Assembly (NCBI GenBank): GCA_041660005.1
Contig: JBAZXG010000003.1
Span: forward strand, 835 to 64,834
Source: Patescibacteria group bacterium
Lineage (GTDB): Bacteria > Patescibacteriota > Patescibacteriia > GWA2-46-9
DNA length: 64,000 bases
Reading direction: 5' to 3'
The notes beneath the pieces are model-generated. The model did not search any database. It saw only the letters and a list, made by a program, of their open reading frames with translations, and was not told where the DNA came from. This document shows, piece by piece, positions 26,260 to 35,097 of this stretch (positions are counted from its first letter, which is position 1; every line of letters starts with the position of its first letter). A program made the translations under genes and the position numbers.

Positions 26260-27762
26260 ATGCCAAGCTCTCTCTACCAACGCTATCGGCCCAAGAAGTG
26301 GGCTGATTTAGCGGATCAAAATCACGTTAAAGTTACCTTGCAGCACGAAATCGAGCGTGAGCAAATTGCGCACGCCTACCTTTTTGTCGGTCCTCGAGGT
26401 GTCGGTAAGACCACGACAGCCCGGCTTTTTGCGAAAGCAATCAATTGCGACGCACGTGCCAAGAAAACCGCCGAACCCTGCAATAGCTGTGCTTCCTGTA
26501 AACGCATCGATGCGCAGCAGTCTTTTGATCTCATTGAAATAGACGCAGCGTCTCATACTGGTGTTGACCACGTGCGTGAGTACATTCTTTCCTCGGCTGA
26601 AGTGCAAGCAGGGCACGGACGTTACCGAGTGTTCATTATCGATGAGGCGCACATGCTCTCAACTGCTGCCTTCAATGCCATGTTAAAAATTTTAGAGGAG
26701 CCGCCAGCACACGTTATTTTCATACTAGCGACTACCGAGGCGCATAAAGTTCCCGCAACGATCATTTCACGCTGTCAGCGTTTTGATTTCAAACGTATTG
26801 CTCCTGATATCATACGCGACCGTCTGCGTAGCTTAGCCGAACAGGAAGGGGTCCAAGTTACTGATGATGTGTTGGCAGCCATTGCTGCGCATGCGGAAGG
26901 ATCACTCCGAGACGCTGAAGGCAGTCTTGGTCAAGTTTTTTCTATTGGTGCAAAAAAAATTACCATGGACGAAGCCTCTCTTGTTATTCCGCGCTCTACC
27001 ATTACTGACGCTGCAGCGCTTGTTGACCTTTGTTTGCGTCAGTTAACTGCTGAAGCTATTGCTTACGTAAATGATCGGGTGGATAACGGTATTAATATTA
27101 ACGTGTTCATGGCCGATGTTATTGTGTGGCTGCGCACACTTTTGTTAGCCAAGGTAGGGAAGCAACTTGATCTTTTTTCTCAGCAGACACTTGGTGAGTT
27201 GCACAGCGCTGCGCTTGAACAAGCGGCGCGAACGACAGTAAAGCGTTTGCAAATGATGATTGACATTTTTATTAAACAGCGATCCTTGCTTGGTCAAACG
27301 CCAATTGAGCAGCTGCCTTGCGAACTTGCTGTTGTTGAAGCATGCGCTATTACAGAGGGTGAAGGTGCAGAAAAAATTTTTAACATCAAAGATAGTAACA
27401 ATAAACAAAAACCAGATAGTTCAGCAACGCAAAAATCTGATAAGCCAGATGAGACTGATAGCGAGACTGAAGTCAAAAGTTCGTTAAGTTCGCTGGAGAA
27501 GTTTACCCTTGAGGAAGTGAAGGGCCGTTGGCATGAAGTTTTGGAAAACATAAAAAGCTTAAACCGTTCTTTGTGTTATGTTTTGGCTGGTTCGTCACCT
27601 CGGGCAGTTAGCGGCAACCGAATTGAACTCGGCGTTAAATATCCGTTTCACCAAGACCGCGTTCACGATGCCAAAAATCGTTCAGTACTGGCAGAGGCGA
27701 CAGAGAAGGTGTTCGGCCAAGCGTTAAGCGTGGTAGCAGTTTTAAATAAGGACGGTGAATAG
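26260..27762 (+). CDS. dnaX: DNA polymerase III subunit gamma/tau
   Basis: LYQRYRP, GPRGVGKTT, Zn-binding Cys cluster, EIDAAS, IIDEAH, SRCQRF. Confidence 0.97.
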   Translation: MPSSLYQRYRPKKWADLADQNHVKVTLQHEIEREQIAHAYLFVGPRGVGKTTTARLFAKAINCDARAKKTAEPCNSCASCKRIDAQQSFDLIEIDAASHTGVDHVREYILSSAEVQAGHGRYRVFIIDEAHMLSTAAFNAMLKILEEPPAHVIFILATTEAHKVPATIISRCQRFDFKRIAPDIIRDRLRSLAEQEGVQVTDDVLAAIAAHAEGSLRDAEGSLGQVFSIGAKKITMDEASLVIPRSTITDAAALVDLCLRQLTAEAIAYVNDRVDNGININVFMADVIVWLRTLLLAKVGKQLDLFSQQTLGELHSAALEQAARTTVKRLQMMIDIFIKQRSLLGQTPIEQLPCELAVVEACAITEGEGAEKIFNIKDSNNKQKPDSSATQKSDKPDETDSETEVKSSLSSLEKFTLEEVKGRWHEVLENIKSLNRSLCYVLAGSSPRAVSGNRIELGVKYPFHQDRVHDAKNRSVLAEATEKVFGQALSVVAVLNKDGE

Positions 27763-27850
27763 TATATCTGTTGTAAGTTTGTTGGCCTAAAAGTCTCGAT
27801 ATACTCTCGAGAAAGTGAGTTTTATGCAGTCTGTCGGTTGCAAGTCTGGC

Positions 27851-27879
27851 TTGACGCTAACTATAATTGTCCGTACGCT
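27851..27879 (+). promoter_or_regulatory. Putative promoter of tRNA-Gln
   Basis: TTGACG-17 bp-TACGCT. Confidence 0.55.
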
Positions 27880-27907
27880 GAGGAAACTCGCCGTTTGCGG
27901 GTAGTGT

Positions 27908-27978
27908 TGCCGGGTCGTCTAATGGTAGGACACATGCCTCTGGAGCATGTTATCGGGGTTCGAGTCCCTGCCCGGCAG
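27908..27978 (+). tRNA. tRNA-Gln(CUG), CCA not encoded
   Basis: Acceptor TGCCGGG/CCCGGCA, anticodon arm CATGC-CTCTGGA-GCATG, T arm CGGGG-TTCGAGT-CCCTG. Confidence 0.95.
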
Positions 27979-28019
27979 CAGTGTCCGTAAGTAGCAACTT
28001 ATTTTTTTAATTCAATTAT

Positions 28020-28109
28020 ATGGGTGGAAACAGTGCCAAGCGAGCTCGCAGAAAACAGGATGCCAAAAAAGAAAAAGCACGCAAACGGGCCGCTACAAAG
28101 CGACGGTAG
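28020..28109 (+). CDS. Small, highly basic 29-aa protein (below the ORF-track cutoff)
   Basis: MGGNSAKRARRKQDAKKEKARKRAATKRR*; AT-rich upstream region like neighbouring genes; fills the tRNA-metK gap. Confidence 0.55.
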   Translation: MGGNSAKRARRKQDAKKEKARKRAATKRR

Positions 28110-28117
28110 TTTAAGGT

Positions 28118-29182
28118 GTGAGTAATTTTATGATTCTCCCAGAGCGAACGTACAGTGTTGAGAGTGTTCGAGCTGGTCATCCAGACAAAGTATGCGATCA
28201 AATTTCGGATGCCATACTTGATGACTGTCTGCGCCAGGATCCGCAGAGCCGTGTTGCCGTGGAAAGCTACGGCAGCCACGGTCTCATTGTTGTTGGGGGT
28301 GAAGTTACTACAGCTGGCTGGGTAGACGTTCACGGGCTCGTCAAGCGCATACTGCGTGACATTGGCTACGATGAACACTACGGTGTTATTTCTAATATTG
28401 TCGAGCAATCTCCGGAGATTGCTACGGGGGTAACTGCCGGTGGAGCAGGTGACCAAGGGGTCATGTATGGCTACGCAACTTCTGAGACGGAGGATTACCT
28501 TCCTATGGGCGTCACGTTAGTTCATGAAATTGTTCGGCGTTTAGATACGCTAACTCGTGAAAATAAGAAGACGGGTTTATTGCCGGACGGTAAAGCGCAG
28601 GTAACCGTTACGAATGGTAGGGTCAGTAATATTGTGGTGAGCGCTCAACATGACAGCGCGCTATCCATTGCAGATGTACGTCATCTTGTTGAGGAAGAAG
28701 TACTTTTGCCCTTGGGTCTTGATCTTGCCGCAGTGGATGTATTGGTTAATCCCGCTGGAACTTTTAACCGTGGGGGATTTGATGCGGACACTGGTTTAAC
28801 GGGTCGCAAAATTATGGTAGATACATACGGCGGCATTGTACCGCATGGTGGTGGTTCTTTCTCTGGAAAAGATGCGACAAAGGTTGATCGCTCTGCAGCA
28901 TATATGGCGCGGTATGCCGCAAAAAATATTGTCGCCAATGCTTTGGCAAAAGAGTGCTTGGTCTCCGTTGCCTATGCTATCGGTTCTTCTGAACCGGTTA
29001 TGCTTGAAGCGGTTAATGAGCGTGGGGAGAGTATTTCGAATTTGCTACGCGAAAAATTTGATTTTCGTCCGGAGTCCATTATCGAACGCCTGGGCTTGCG
29101 CCGGCCTATTTATCAGCCGACAGCTGTTTACGGGCATTTTGGTCGTACCGATGTCCCGTGGGAAGAGGTTGTCAAGTTCTAG
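28118..29182 (+). CDS. metK: S-adenosylmethionine synthetase
   Basis: ESV..GHPDKVCDQISD, GAGDQG, GLTGRKIMVDTYGG, GGGSFSGKD; alternative start ATG 28130. Confidence 0.97.
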   Translation: MSNFMILPERTYSVESVRAGHPDKVCDQISDAILDDCLRQDPQSRVAVESYGSHGLIVVGGEVTTAGWVDVHGLVKRILRDIGYDEHYGVISNIVEQSPEIATGVTAGGAGDQGVMYGYATSETEDYLPMGVTLVHEIVRRLDTLTRENKKTGLLPDGKAQVTVTNGRVSNIVVSAQHDSALSIADVRHLVEEEVLLPLGLDLAAVDVLVNPAGTFNRGGFDADTGLTGRKIMVDTYGGIVPHGGGSFSGKDATKVDRSAAYMARYAAKNIVANALAKECLVSVAYAIGSSEPVMLEAVNERGESISNLLREKFDFRPESIIERLGLRRPIYQPTAVYGHFGRTDVPWEEVVKF

Positions 29183-29996
29183 TCCCTCAATACCGCAGAC
29201 GAGCATCGTCGTTTTTCAAAAACGCCTATTGCGTTGGTATCAGAAGAACGGCCGTCATAGTCTTCCCTGGCGTCGTAATCCGACACCATATCGAGTTTTT
29301 ATTGCTGAGGTGATGCTGCAGCAAACACAAGCCGATCGCGTTAGAGAAAAGTATGAGCCTTTTTTAAAAAAATATCCCAACGTTAAACGTTTAGCTGCTG
29401 CTGTGCAGTCAGAGTTACTGCGCGCATGGTCTGGTCTCGGCTACAATCGACGGGCACTACATCTGCGCGAAGCAGCAAGATGTATCAAAAACATTCATGG
29501 CGGCAAGATACCGCAGTCTTTTGATGAGCTTTGCCGGTTACCTGGTATCGGCCCGTATACGGCTCATGCCATCAGCATTTTTTCAAGAAATGCAGACGAG
29601 GCGTGTGTTGATACGAATGTGCGGCGGGTTTTGATCTACGAATTTCAATTACCAAAGATGACAACAGATCGGGAGATTGCGTTGCTGGCTTATCAAGTTT
29701 TACCAAAGGGAAGAGCACGAGATTGGCATAACGCTTTAATGGACTACGGTGCACTTGTTGCTACGGGTAAGCGTACGAAAATTTCTTCAAAATCTCAGCA
29801 GCCATCATTTAAGGGATCAAGGAGAGAAAAAAGAGGTGCAATCATTCGCTATTGTTTAGAAAAAAAGAGTGTGACCCCAACTGCAATTGCAGACCTGCTC
29901 AAAGTGGACCGTGACGAAGCAACAGAGTTACTGCGTGTTTTAACAAAAGAAAAGTTCTTACATTTCAAGAGAGGTTGGTTTTATATCAAAGAGTAG
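29151..29996 (+). CDS. mutY: A/G-specific adenine glycosylase MutY-like (HhH-GPD), lacking the Fe-S cluster motif
   Basis: LPWR, EVMLQQT, WSGLGYNRRA, LPGIGPYTA, VDTNVRRV. True start is near 29151/29169; the longer ORF overlaps metK. Confidence 0.88.
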   Translation: MSRGKRLSSSSPSIPQTSIVVFQKRLLRWYQKNGRHSLPWRRNPTPYRVFIAEVMLQQTQADRVREKYEPFLKKYPNVKRLAAAVQSELLRAWSGLGYNRRALHLREAARCIKNIHGGKIPQSFDELCRLPGIGPYTAHAISIFSRNADEACVDTNVRRVLIYEFQLPKMTTDREIALLAYQVLPKGRARDWHNALMDYGALVATGKRTKISSKSQQPSFKGSRREKRGAIIRYCLEKKSVTPTAIADLLKVDRDEATELLRVLTKEKFLHFKRGWFYIKE

Positions 29997-30064
29997 GTTT
30001 GTGGCGTAGCGTCAGTTTTTTAAATCTGGTATACTGTTCGTTATAGCGTTAATAAATTATATAT

Positions 30065-30523
30065 ATGTTTACGTCAAAGAAAGTAATCGTTACTGTCGTT
30101 GTGGTTATCGTAGCCGCAGTCGGTGTGTATGTTTTTAGCCGGCGTCCCGCTTTAGGACCCGTAAAAAATAACGAAACAAATATGTCTAGCGAAGAACAAA
30201 AGAAGCCGCTCGTTGTTGAGGTACTGCAACAAGGAACCGGCAGTGAGGCGGTTAAGGGTAGCACTGTGAGTGTTCACTACACGGGCTGGCTTACGGACGG
30301 TACGAAATTTGATTCAAGCGTTGACCGAGGTACTCCATTTAGTTTTGTACTGGGTGCCGGTCAAGTGATTGCCGGTTGGGACCAGGGTGTTCTCGGTATG
30401 AAGGTTGGAGAAAAGCGACGTCTAACTATTGCGCCGGAGTTAGGATACGGAGCTCAAGGAGTTGGTCCGATTCCTGCGAATGCAACCCTCGTTTTTGAGG
30501 TTGAGCTACTCGGGGTAAAGTAA
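30065..30523 (+). CDS. FKBP-type peptidyl-prolyl isomerase with N-terminal membrane anchor
   Basis: [37 protein letters not shown]. Confidence 0.95.
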   Translation: MFTSKKVIVTVVVVIVAAVGVYVFSRRPALGPVKNNETNMSSEEQKKPLVVEVLQQGTGSEAVKGSTVSVHYTGWLTDGTKFDSSVDRGTPFSFVLGAGQVIAGWDQGVLGMKVGEKRRLTIAPELGYGAQGVGPIPANATLVFEVELLGVK

Positions 30524-30855
30524 TGAATTTTAGCGACTACCAAAAAGAATCACGGTCGACGGTCGTTTATCCGACGAGTGGCGTACTGTCGTACATTTAT
30601 CCCATTCTTGGTCTCGCCAGCGAGGCGGGAGAGGTAGCGCAAGTTGTTAAAAAAGTTATTCGGGATAACGAAGGGGTCGTCAGCGAAGAGGCGCGCGTTA
30701 AGATATCAGAGGAACTTGGAGATGTACTTTGGTATGTTGCGCAAATTGCAACTGAATTCAATTTTGATCTTGATGCTATTGCTGCAGCAAATTTGCGAAA
30801 ACTTGCTTCACGCATGGAGCGCGGTACCATTGGAGGTAGTGGTGATAATCGGTAA
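30523..30855 (+). CDS. MazG-like nucleoside triphosphate pyrophosphohydrolase
   Basis: LGLASEAGEV, EELGDVLWY, GSGDNR. Confidence 0.9.
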   Translation: MNFSDYQKESRSTVVYPTSGVLSYIYPILGLASEAGEVAQVVKKVIRDNEGVVSEEARVKISEELGDVLWYVAQIATEFNFDLDAIAAANLRKLASRMERGTIGGSGDNR

Positions 30856-30934
30856 GAAGAATATTTAGCTTTGTCAGAAGGAGCTGCTTTAGTTGTGCTG
30901 AGACACGAATTGTCATTTATATATTGAGTATTAT

Positions 30935-31681
30935 ATGGATCCTATAACTCATCAGACAACCAAACGAGAGCGCAGGGAGCAACGTAAAGTAGCATGGAGA
31001 GAAGAGCGTCAGTCCGCCGTCTATCAGCAGAAGGTGCGAAGAATCGGCTTATGGGCCGTTGTTTTTGTCGTCGTTATCGGTGGTGTTTGGCTTCTTAGCA
31101 AAACAACCAGTAACAACGGCAAGCCGGGCGCTGTGGTGCCGTCGGTTAATGAGATTACTGCTGACGACTGGACGACTGGTAACCAAAGTGCAGCAGTAAC
31201 ACTGGTTGAGTATAGCGATTTTCAGTGTCCAGCTTGCGGAGCATATTACCCAACAGTAAAGAAAGTGACTCAGGACTTTAGTAATACCGTTCGTTTTGTG
31301 TATCGAAATTATCCGTTGAAATCGATCCATCCAAATGCTGAGTCAGCTGCATGGGCAGCGGGGGCGGCTGGTCGACAAGGAAAGTTTTGGGAAATGCATG
31401 ATCTTCTTTTCGACCGGCAGAAACAGTGGGAGGGCAGTTTAAGTACCAAAGGAACATTCCATGATTATGCAGTTGAGTTGGGTCTGAATGGTGATCAGTT
31501 TGATAAAGACTACGACTCGTCAGTGGTCCGCGATAAGGTTGCCACGGATGTTGCCAGTGGTAATGCTGCGCGCATTGCCGGGACGCCCAGTTTCTTTTTG
31601 AACGGGGTTCAGATTTCACCAGCGCCGAATTACACTGAATTCAGCACGCTCATCAATGATCAGCTTAACAAGAAAAACTAG
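30935..31681 (+). CDS. DsbA-family thiol-disulfide oxidoreductase, membrane anchored
   Basis: EYSDFQCPAC (CxxC), GKFWEMHD, GTP cis-Pro motif. Confidence 0.93.
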   Translation: MDPITHQTTKRERREQRKVAWREERQSAVYQQKVRRIGLWAVVFVVVIGGVWLLSKTTSNNGKPGAVVPSVNEITADDWTTGNQSAAVTLVEYSDFQCPACGAYYPTVKKVTQDFSNTVRFVYRNYPLKSIHPNAESAAWAAGAAGRQGKFWEMHDLLFDRQKQWEGSLSTKGTFHDYAVELGLNGDQFDKDYDSSVVRDKVATDVASGNAARIAGTPSFFLNGVQISPAPNYTEFSTLINDQLNKKN

Positions 31682-32090
31682 CATTCTTTCTTACGTCGTA
31701 GCTGTCGCTGCACTGCTCGGTTTTTTTGATGCTAGCTACTTAGCCCTAAAACACTTTCAGGGGATTGCCCCCACCTGCACACTACTCGAGGGTTGCGAGG
31801 TGGTAACGACAAGCTCTTATGCGGTTGTGTTTGGCATACCGGTGGCTCTGGCAGGTGGTTTTTATTACCTTGCGGTTCTCCTTTTGGCGGTCGCTTTTAT
31901 TGACCTACCGCAACGTTGGAAAATTGATGCCGCTGCTTTGATGGTCAGCGTTGGGATGCTGGCAACAGTATGGTTCGTTTATTTACAGATTTTTGTAATT
32001 CACGCTTTTTGTCTGTATTGTCTTTTTTCGGCACTAACCACAACCGTACTTTTTGCTTTAGTAGTCTCTATTCGTCGCATTGTCCGTTAA
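31656..32090 (+). CDS. Vitamin K epoxide reductase (VKOR)-family protein, DsbB analogue
   Basis: CTLLEGCEVVTTSSY, GIPVA, CLYC; four TM segments; adjacent to DsbA. Confidence 0.92.
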   Translation: MISLTRKTSILSYVVAVAALLGFFDASYLALKHFQGIAPTCTLLEGCEVVTTSSYAVVFGIPVALAGGFYYLAVLLLAVAFIDLPQRWKIDAAALMVSVGMLATVWFVYLQIFVIHAFCLYCLFSALTTTVLFALVVSIRRIVR

Positions 32091-32094
32091 TTTC

Positions 32095-33315
32095 ATGCGT
32101 GGCTTTGTGGACAAGCGCAATACATTCGTTTTGTTACTCAGCGTTATTCTTGTGGCTGGCGTGTACGGGTACGAGCATTACTTTAAAGCGGTGCTGCCCG
32201 CAGTAGCGCCGCCGCCCGCAGATATTGCCACTTTGCTGGACACCAATAGTACCGGCTATCCGCTTCATATCGAGCCAGGTTTTTCAATAAGCATATACGC
32301 AAAAAATCTTGGCAATGCTCGGGACCTAACGTTTGGCCCTGACGGGTTACTTTTGAGCATTCCAAACGAAGGGAAAATTGTTTCACTACAGGATAAAGAC
32401 GGTGATGATGGGGCAGAAGTCGTTTCAACGGTAGCTACAGGCCTTGATAACCCGCACGGCTTGGCGGTGCGTTGCATCGGTCCTTGTAAATTATATGTTG
32501 CCGAGAGAACGGCGGTGTCAGTTTTTGATTTTGATGAATCGGGACAAGCTGTGAATCGTCGGGTGCTTTTTAGCTTACCGCCTGGTGGCAGACACACAAC
32601 GCGGTCACTACTTTTTTTGCCCGGAGAAAAGGATCAGTTGCTCATTTCTGTCGGTTCTTCTTGTGATGTTTGCCACGAAAAGGATGAACGTCACGGAAGT
32701 ATACTGCTTTCTAACTTGGACGGTGCAGCGCCGACGATCTATGCCTCTGGCCTCAGGAATACAGTCTTTATGGAATTGCATCCAGTTAACGGCGAAGTAT
32801 GGGGAGCAGAAATGGGCCGAGACAATTTAGGTGATAATGTGCCGCCGGACGAAATCAATATAATAGAGCAAGGAAAGAATTACGGCTGGCCGATTTGTTA
32901 TGGGAAAAATGTTCATGATACGGCGTTCGATAAGAACACCTATATACAGGATCCTTGTTCACCTCGCGTAACGCAGCCGTCGTACATTGATATTCCTGCG
33001 CACTCGGCACCTCTGGGCCTCTCATTCATACCCGAAGAAGGATGGCCAGAAGACCATTGGTATAATCTTTTGGTAGCGTATCATGGTTCATGGAATCGCA
33101 GTGAACCGACGGGATATAAAATTGTTCGCTATAAACTTGACGCCAAGGGTAATTATCTCGGCCAGGAAGATTTTATTTCCGGCTGGTTGACCGAATCCGG
33201 TGCATTAGGAAGACCGGTTGATATTATAGCTCTTCCCGGAGGGACGATATATATTTCTGACGACAAGGCGGGGGTGATTTATAAAGTGCAGCGAACCGTT
33301 AGCGAGAATAGGTAA
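32095..33315 (+). CDS. PQQ-dependent sugar/sorbosone dehydrogenase-like beta-propeller
   Basis: HTTRSL, VGSSCDVC.E, GLRN, PPDEIN, NYGWP, HSAPLG, HGSWNR, GRPVD, ISDD. Confidence 0.88.
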   Translation: MRGFVDKRNTFVLLLSVILVAGVYGYEHYFKAVLPAVAPPPADIATLLDTNSTGYPLHIEPGFSISIYAKNLGNARDLTFGPDGLLLSIPNEGKIVSLQDKDGDDGAEVVSTVATGLDNPHGLAVRCIGPCKLYVAERTAVSVFDFDESGQAVNRRVLFSLPPGGRHTTRSLLFLPGEKDQLLISVGSSCDVCHEKDERHGSILLSNLDGAAPTIYASGLRNTVFMELHPVNGEVWGAEMGRDNLGDNVPPDEINIIEQGKNYGWPICYGKNVHDTAFDKNTYIQDPCSPRVTQPSYIDIPAHSAPLGLSFIPEEGWPEDHWYNLLVAYHGSWNRSEPTGYKIVRYKLDAKGNYLGQEDFISGWLTESGALGRPVDIIALPGGTIYISDDKAGVIYKVQRTVSENR

Positions 33316-33395
33316 GTATTTGCCAGGAGTGAACGCTGACGCTACACTGCTGGAATCTTATCAGTAGTTAGTGGTGATTCTTTTGGTTCCAGTTT

Positions 33396-33466
33396 CGGGG
33401 TGTAGTATACCGGTAGTACGCATGCATGGGGTGCATGTAGACCGGGTTCAATTCCCGGCACCCCGA
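33396..33466 (+). tRNA. tRNA-Pro(GGG), CCA not encoded
   Basis: Acceptor CGGGGTG/CACCCCG, anticodon arm CATGC-ATGGGGT-GCATG, T arm CCGGG-TTCAATT-CCCGG. Confidence 0.95.
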
Positions 33467-33536
33467 AACTGGAACGAAGGGACGGCTTTTGTCTATTGTA
33501 ACGAAGTAAAATACTTGAGCTATTTGATTCACAAGC

Positions 33537-34172
33537 ATGAACCCTAAAAAAAATTTACTTATCTTTGACTTTGACGGTGTCATTGTTGACACTTTTTCTA
33601 CATCTTACTCAGTAGCACAGCAATTAGACGGCGTGGATAGCCTGGAGGACTTTCGCGCTGCTTTAGACGGGAATATTTTTGATTATTATAAAAAGCGGCC
33701 GCATATTGATGTGAATCTTCAACGGGAAAAATGGTTTAAGATCTATGGTCCCAAGGTGCTTGAGTTGATGCCCGTTGCCGGTATGGTTGATTTGCTTACT
33801 GATTTAGCTAGGCAGCATGTACTTACGATTGTATCATCGAGCAGTTCGGATACCATCTCTCTTTTTTTAGAAAAGTACAAGTTTCGAGAGCTATTCGAGG
33901 ATGTCTTAGGTTCAAATGATCATCATAGTAAGGTTCATAAAATGAATCACATCATGAATAAATTTTCAATAACTTCCGAAGGTGCGCTCATGATTACCGA
34001 TACGCTTGGTGACATTCGCGAAGCGAAAGTTGCTGGAGTTGAATCAATCGCGGTCAGTTGGGGGTATCATGAACGAGAGCGGCTGCTTAAAGGAAACCCC
34101 GCAGCACTGGTTCACACACCGCAGGAGTTAGAGAAAGCTATTTCTCATTTTTTTGACAACAATGGCAAATAA
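33537..34172 (+). CDS. HAD-family phosphatase
   Basis: FDFDGVIVDT, VSS, K, ITDTLGDI motifs. Confidence 0.9.
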   Translation: MNPKKNLLIFDFDGVIVDTFSTSYSVAQQLDGVDSLEDFRAALDGNIFDYYKKRPHIDVNLQREKWFKIYGPKVLELMPVAGMVDLLTDLARQHVLTIVSSSSSDTISLFLEKYKFRELFEDVLGSNDHHSKVHKMNHIMNKFSITSEGALMITDTLGDIREAKVAGVESIAVSWGYHERERLLKGNPAALVHTPQELEKAISHFFDNNGK

Positions 34173-34851
34173 TATTCCAAAACATGTTGCTTTTATAATG
34201 GATGGTAATCGGCGTTGGGCGCGTGAACGCGGTTTGCCAACCTTAGAAGGGCACCGCCTTGGTTATGAAAAAATGAAAGAAGTAGGGGAGTGGTGTATCA
34301 AACGCGGCGTTGCTGTGGTTACGGTCTATGCATTCTCTACAGAAAATTGGCAGCGATCAGCAGAAGAAGTGAAATATTTAATGCAGTTACTTTGGCGCGC
34401 ATTAACGAACGAGCTCAATGCGTTTCATGAGCGTAATATGCGGCTTCGTATCATTGGGCAAATTTCTGCGTTAAGTCAGGAATTGAGAACTGCCATCAGC
34501 GCAGCAGAGCGTAAAACAGAGCGTAACACTGAAGGCGTTTTGAATATTGCCATCAATTACGGGGGACGACAGGAAATCATTGATGCCACAAAAGCAATCA
34601 TCGAGAGTGGGGTACATAGTGATGCTATCAATGAGGATCTATTTAAAAAATATCTTTACGCACCCGAAGGGCCTGAGCCTGATATTATCATTCGGACGGG
34701 GGGCGAACAGCGACTATCCGGCTTTCTATTATGGGGTTCTGCCTACAGTGAACTTTATTTCGAAAAGCATTATTGGCCTGATTTTTCAGAAAGTGATCTT
34801 GAAGCGGCATTTTTTTGGTATGCTGGTCGCGAGCGGCGTCATGGCAAGTAG
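34162..34851 (+). CDS. uppS: Polyprenyl (undecaprenyl) diphosphate synthase
   Basis: HVAFIMDGNRRWA, YAFSTENW, NYGGR, IRTGGEQRLSGF. Confidence 0.97.
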   Translation: MANNIPKHVAFIMDGNRRWARERGLPTLEGHRLGYEKMKEVGEWCIKRGVAVVTVYAFSTENWQRSAEEVKYLMQLLWRALTNELNAFHERNMRLRIIGQISALSQELRTAISAAERKTERNTEGVLNIAINYGGRQEIIDATKAIIESGVHSDAINEDLFKKYLYAPEGPEPDIIIRTGGEQRLSGFLLWGSAYSELYFEKHYWPDFSESDLEAAFFWYAGRERRHGK

Positions 34852-34863
34852 TGAAGAGCAAAC

Positions 34864-34897
34864 AAAAAAGCTCCGGCCTCATGGCCGGAGCTTTTTT
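34864..34897. terminator. Bidirectional intrinsic terminator
   Basis: AAAAAAGCTCCGGCC-TCAT-GGCCGGAGCTTTTTT. Confidence 0.9.
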
Positions 34898-34903
34898 ATC
34901 GCA

Positions 34904-35014
34904 CTAATTATCAACGTCAGAATCGTCAGCAATGTCGTCTGACGAATCGTCGTCACCATCCACACCGCACGTGCATTCATCCATGCTCGCGCCGCAGTTG
35001 GGGCATGTCTCCAT
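34904..35014 (-). CDS. Small 36-aa Cys4 (CxxC-x6-CxC) protein with acidic tail (below the ORF-track cutoff)
   Basis: METCPNCGASMDECTCGVDGDDDSSDDIADDSDVDN*; upstream TTGCGC-16-TATACT on the minus strand; ends at the bidirectional terminator. Confidence 0.65.
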   Translation of the reverse strand: METCPNCGASMDECTCGVDGDDDSSDDIADDSDVDN

Positions 35015-35097
35015 AGGTGGAGTTTAGGTGAGTAATACACAAAAGTATATACAAAATAAATGAGCGCGCAAGGGGGTCTGTGCTATGCTTAGAATAT

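Noticed and set aside
26176-27907. SRP RNA near dnaX, or a programmed -1 frameshift in dnaX
   Set aside because: No SRP helix-8 motif recognised in the flanks and no A-AAA-AAG slippery site with a downstream hairpin seen.
27979-28117. SAM riboswitch upstream of metK
   Set aside because: No SAM-I/II/III core motifs recognised; the space is occupied by an AT-rich stretch and a small basic ORF.
28836-29150. N-terminal 105 aa of the MutY ORF
   Set aside because: Lies inside metK in another frame; MutY similarity begins near 29200.
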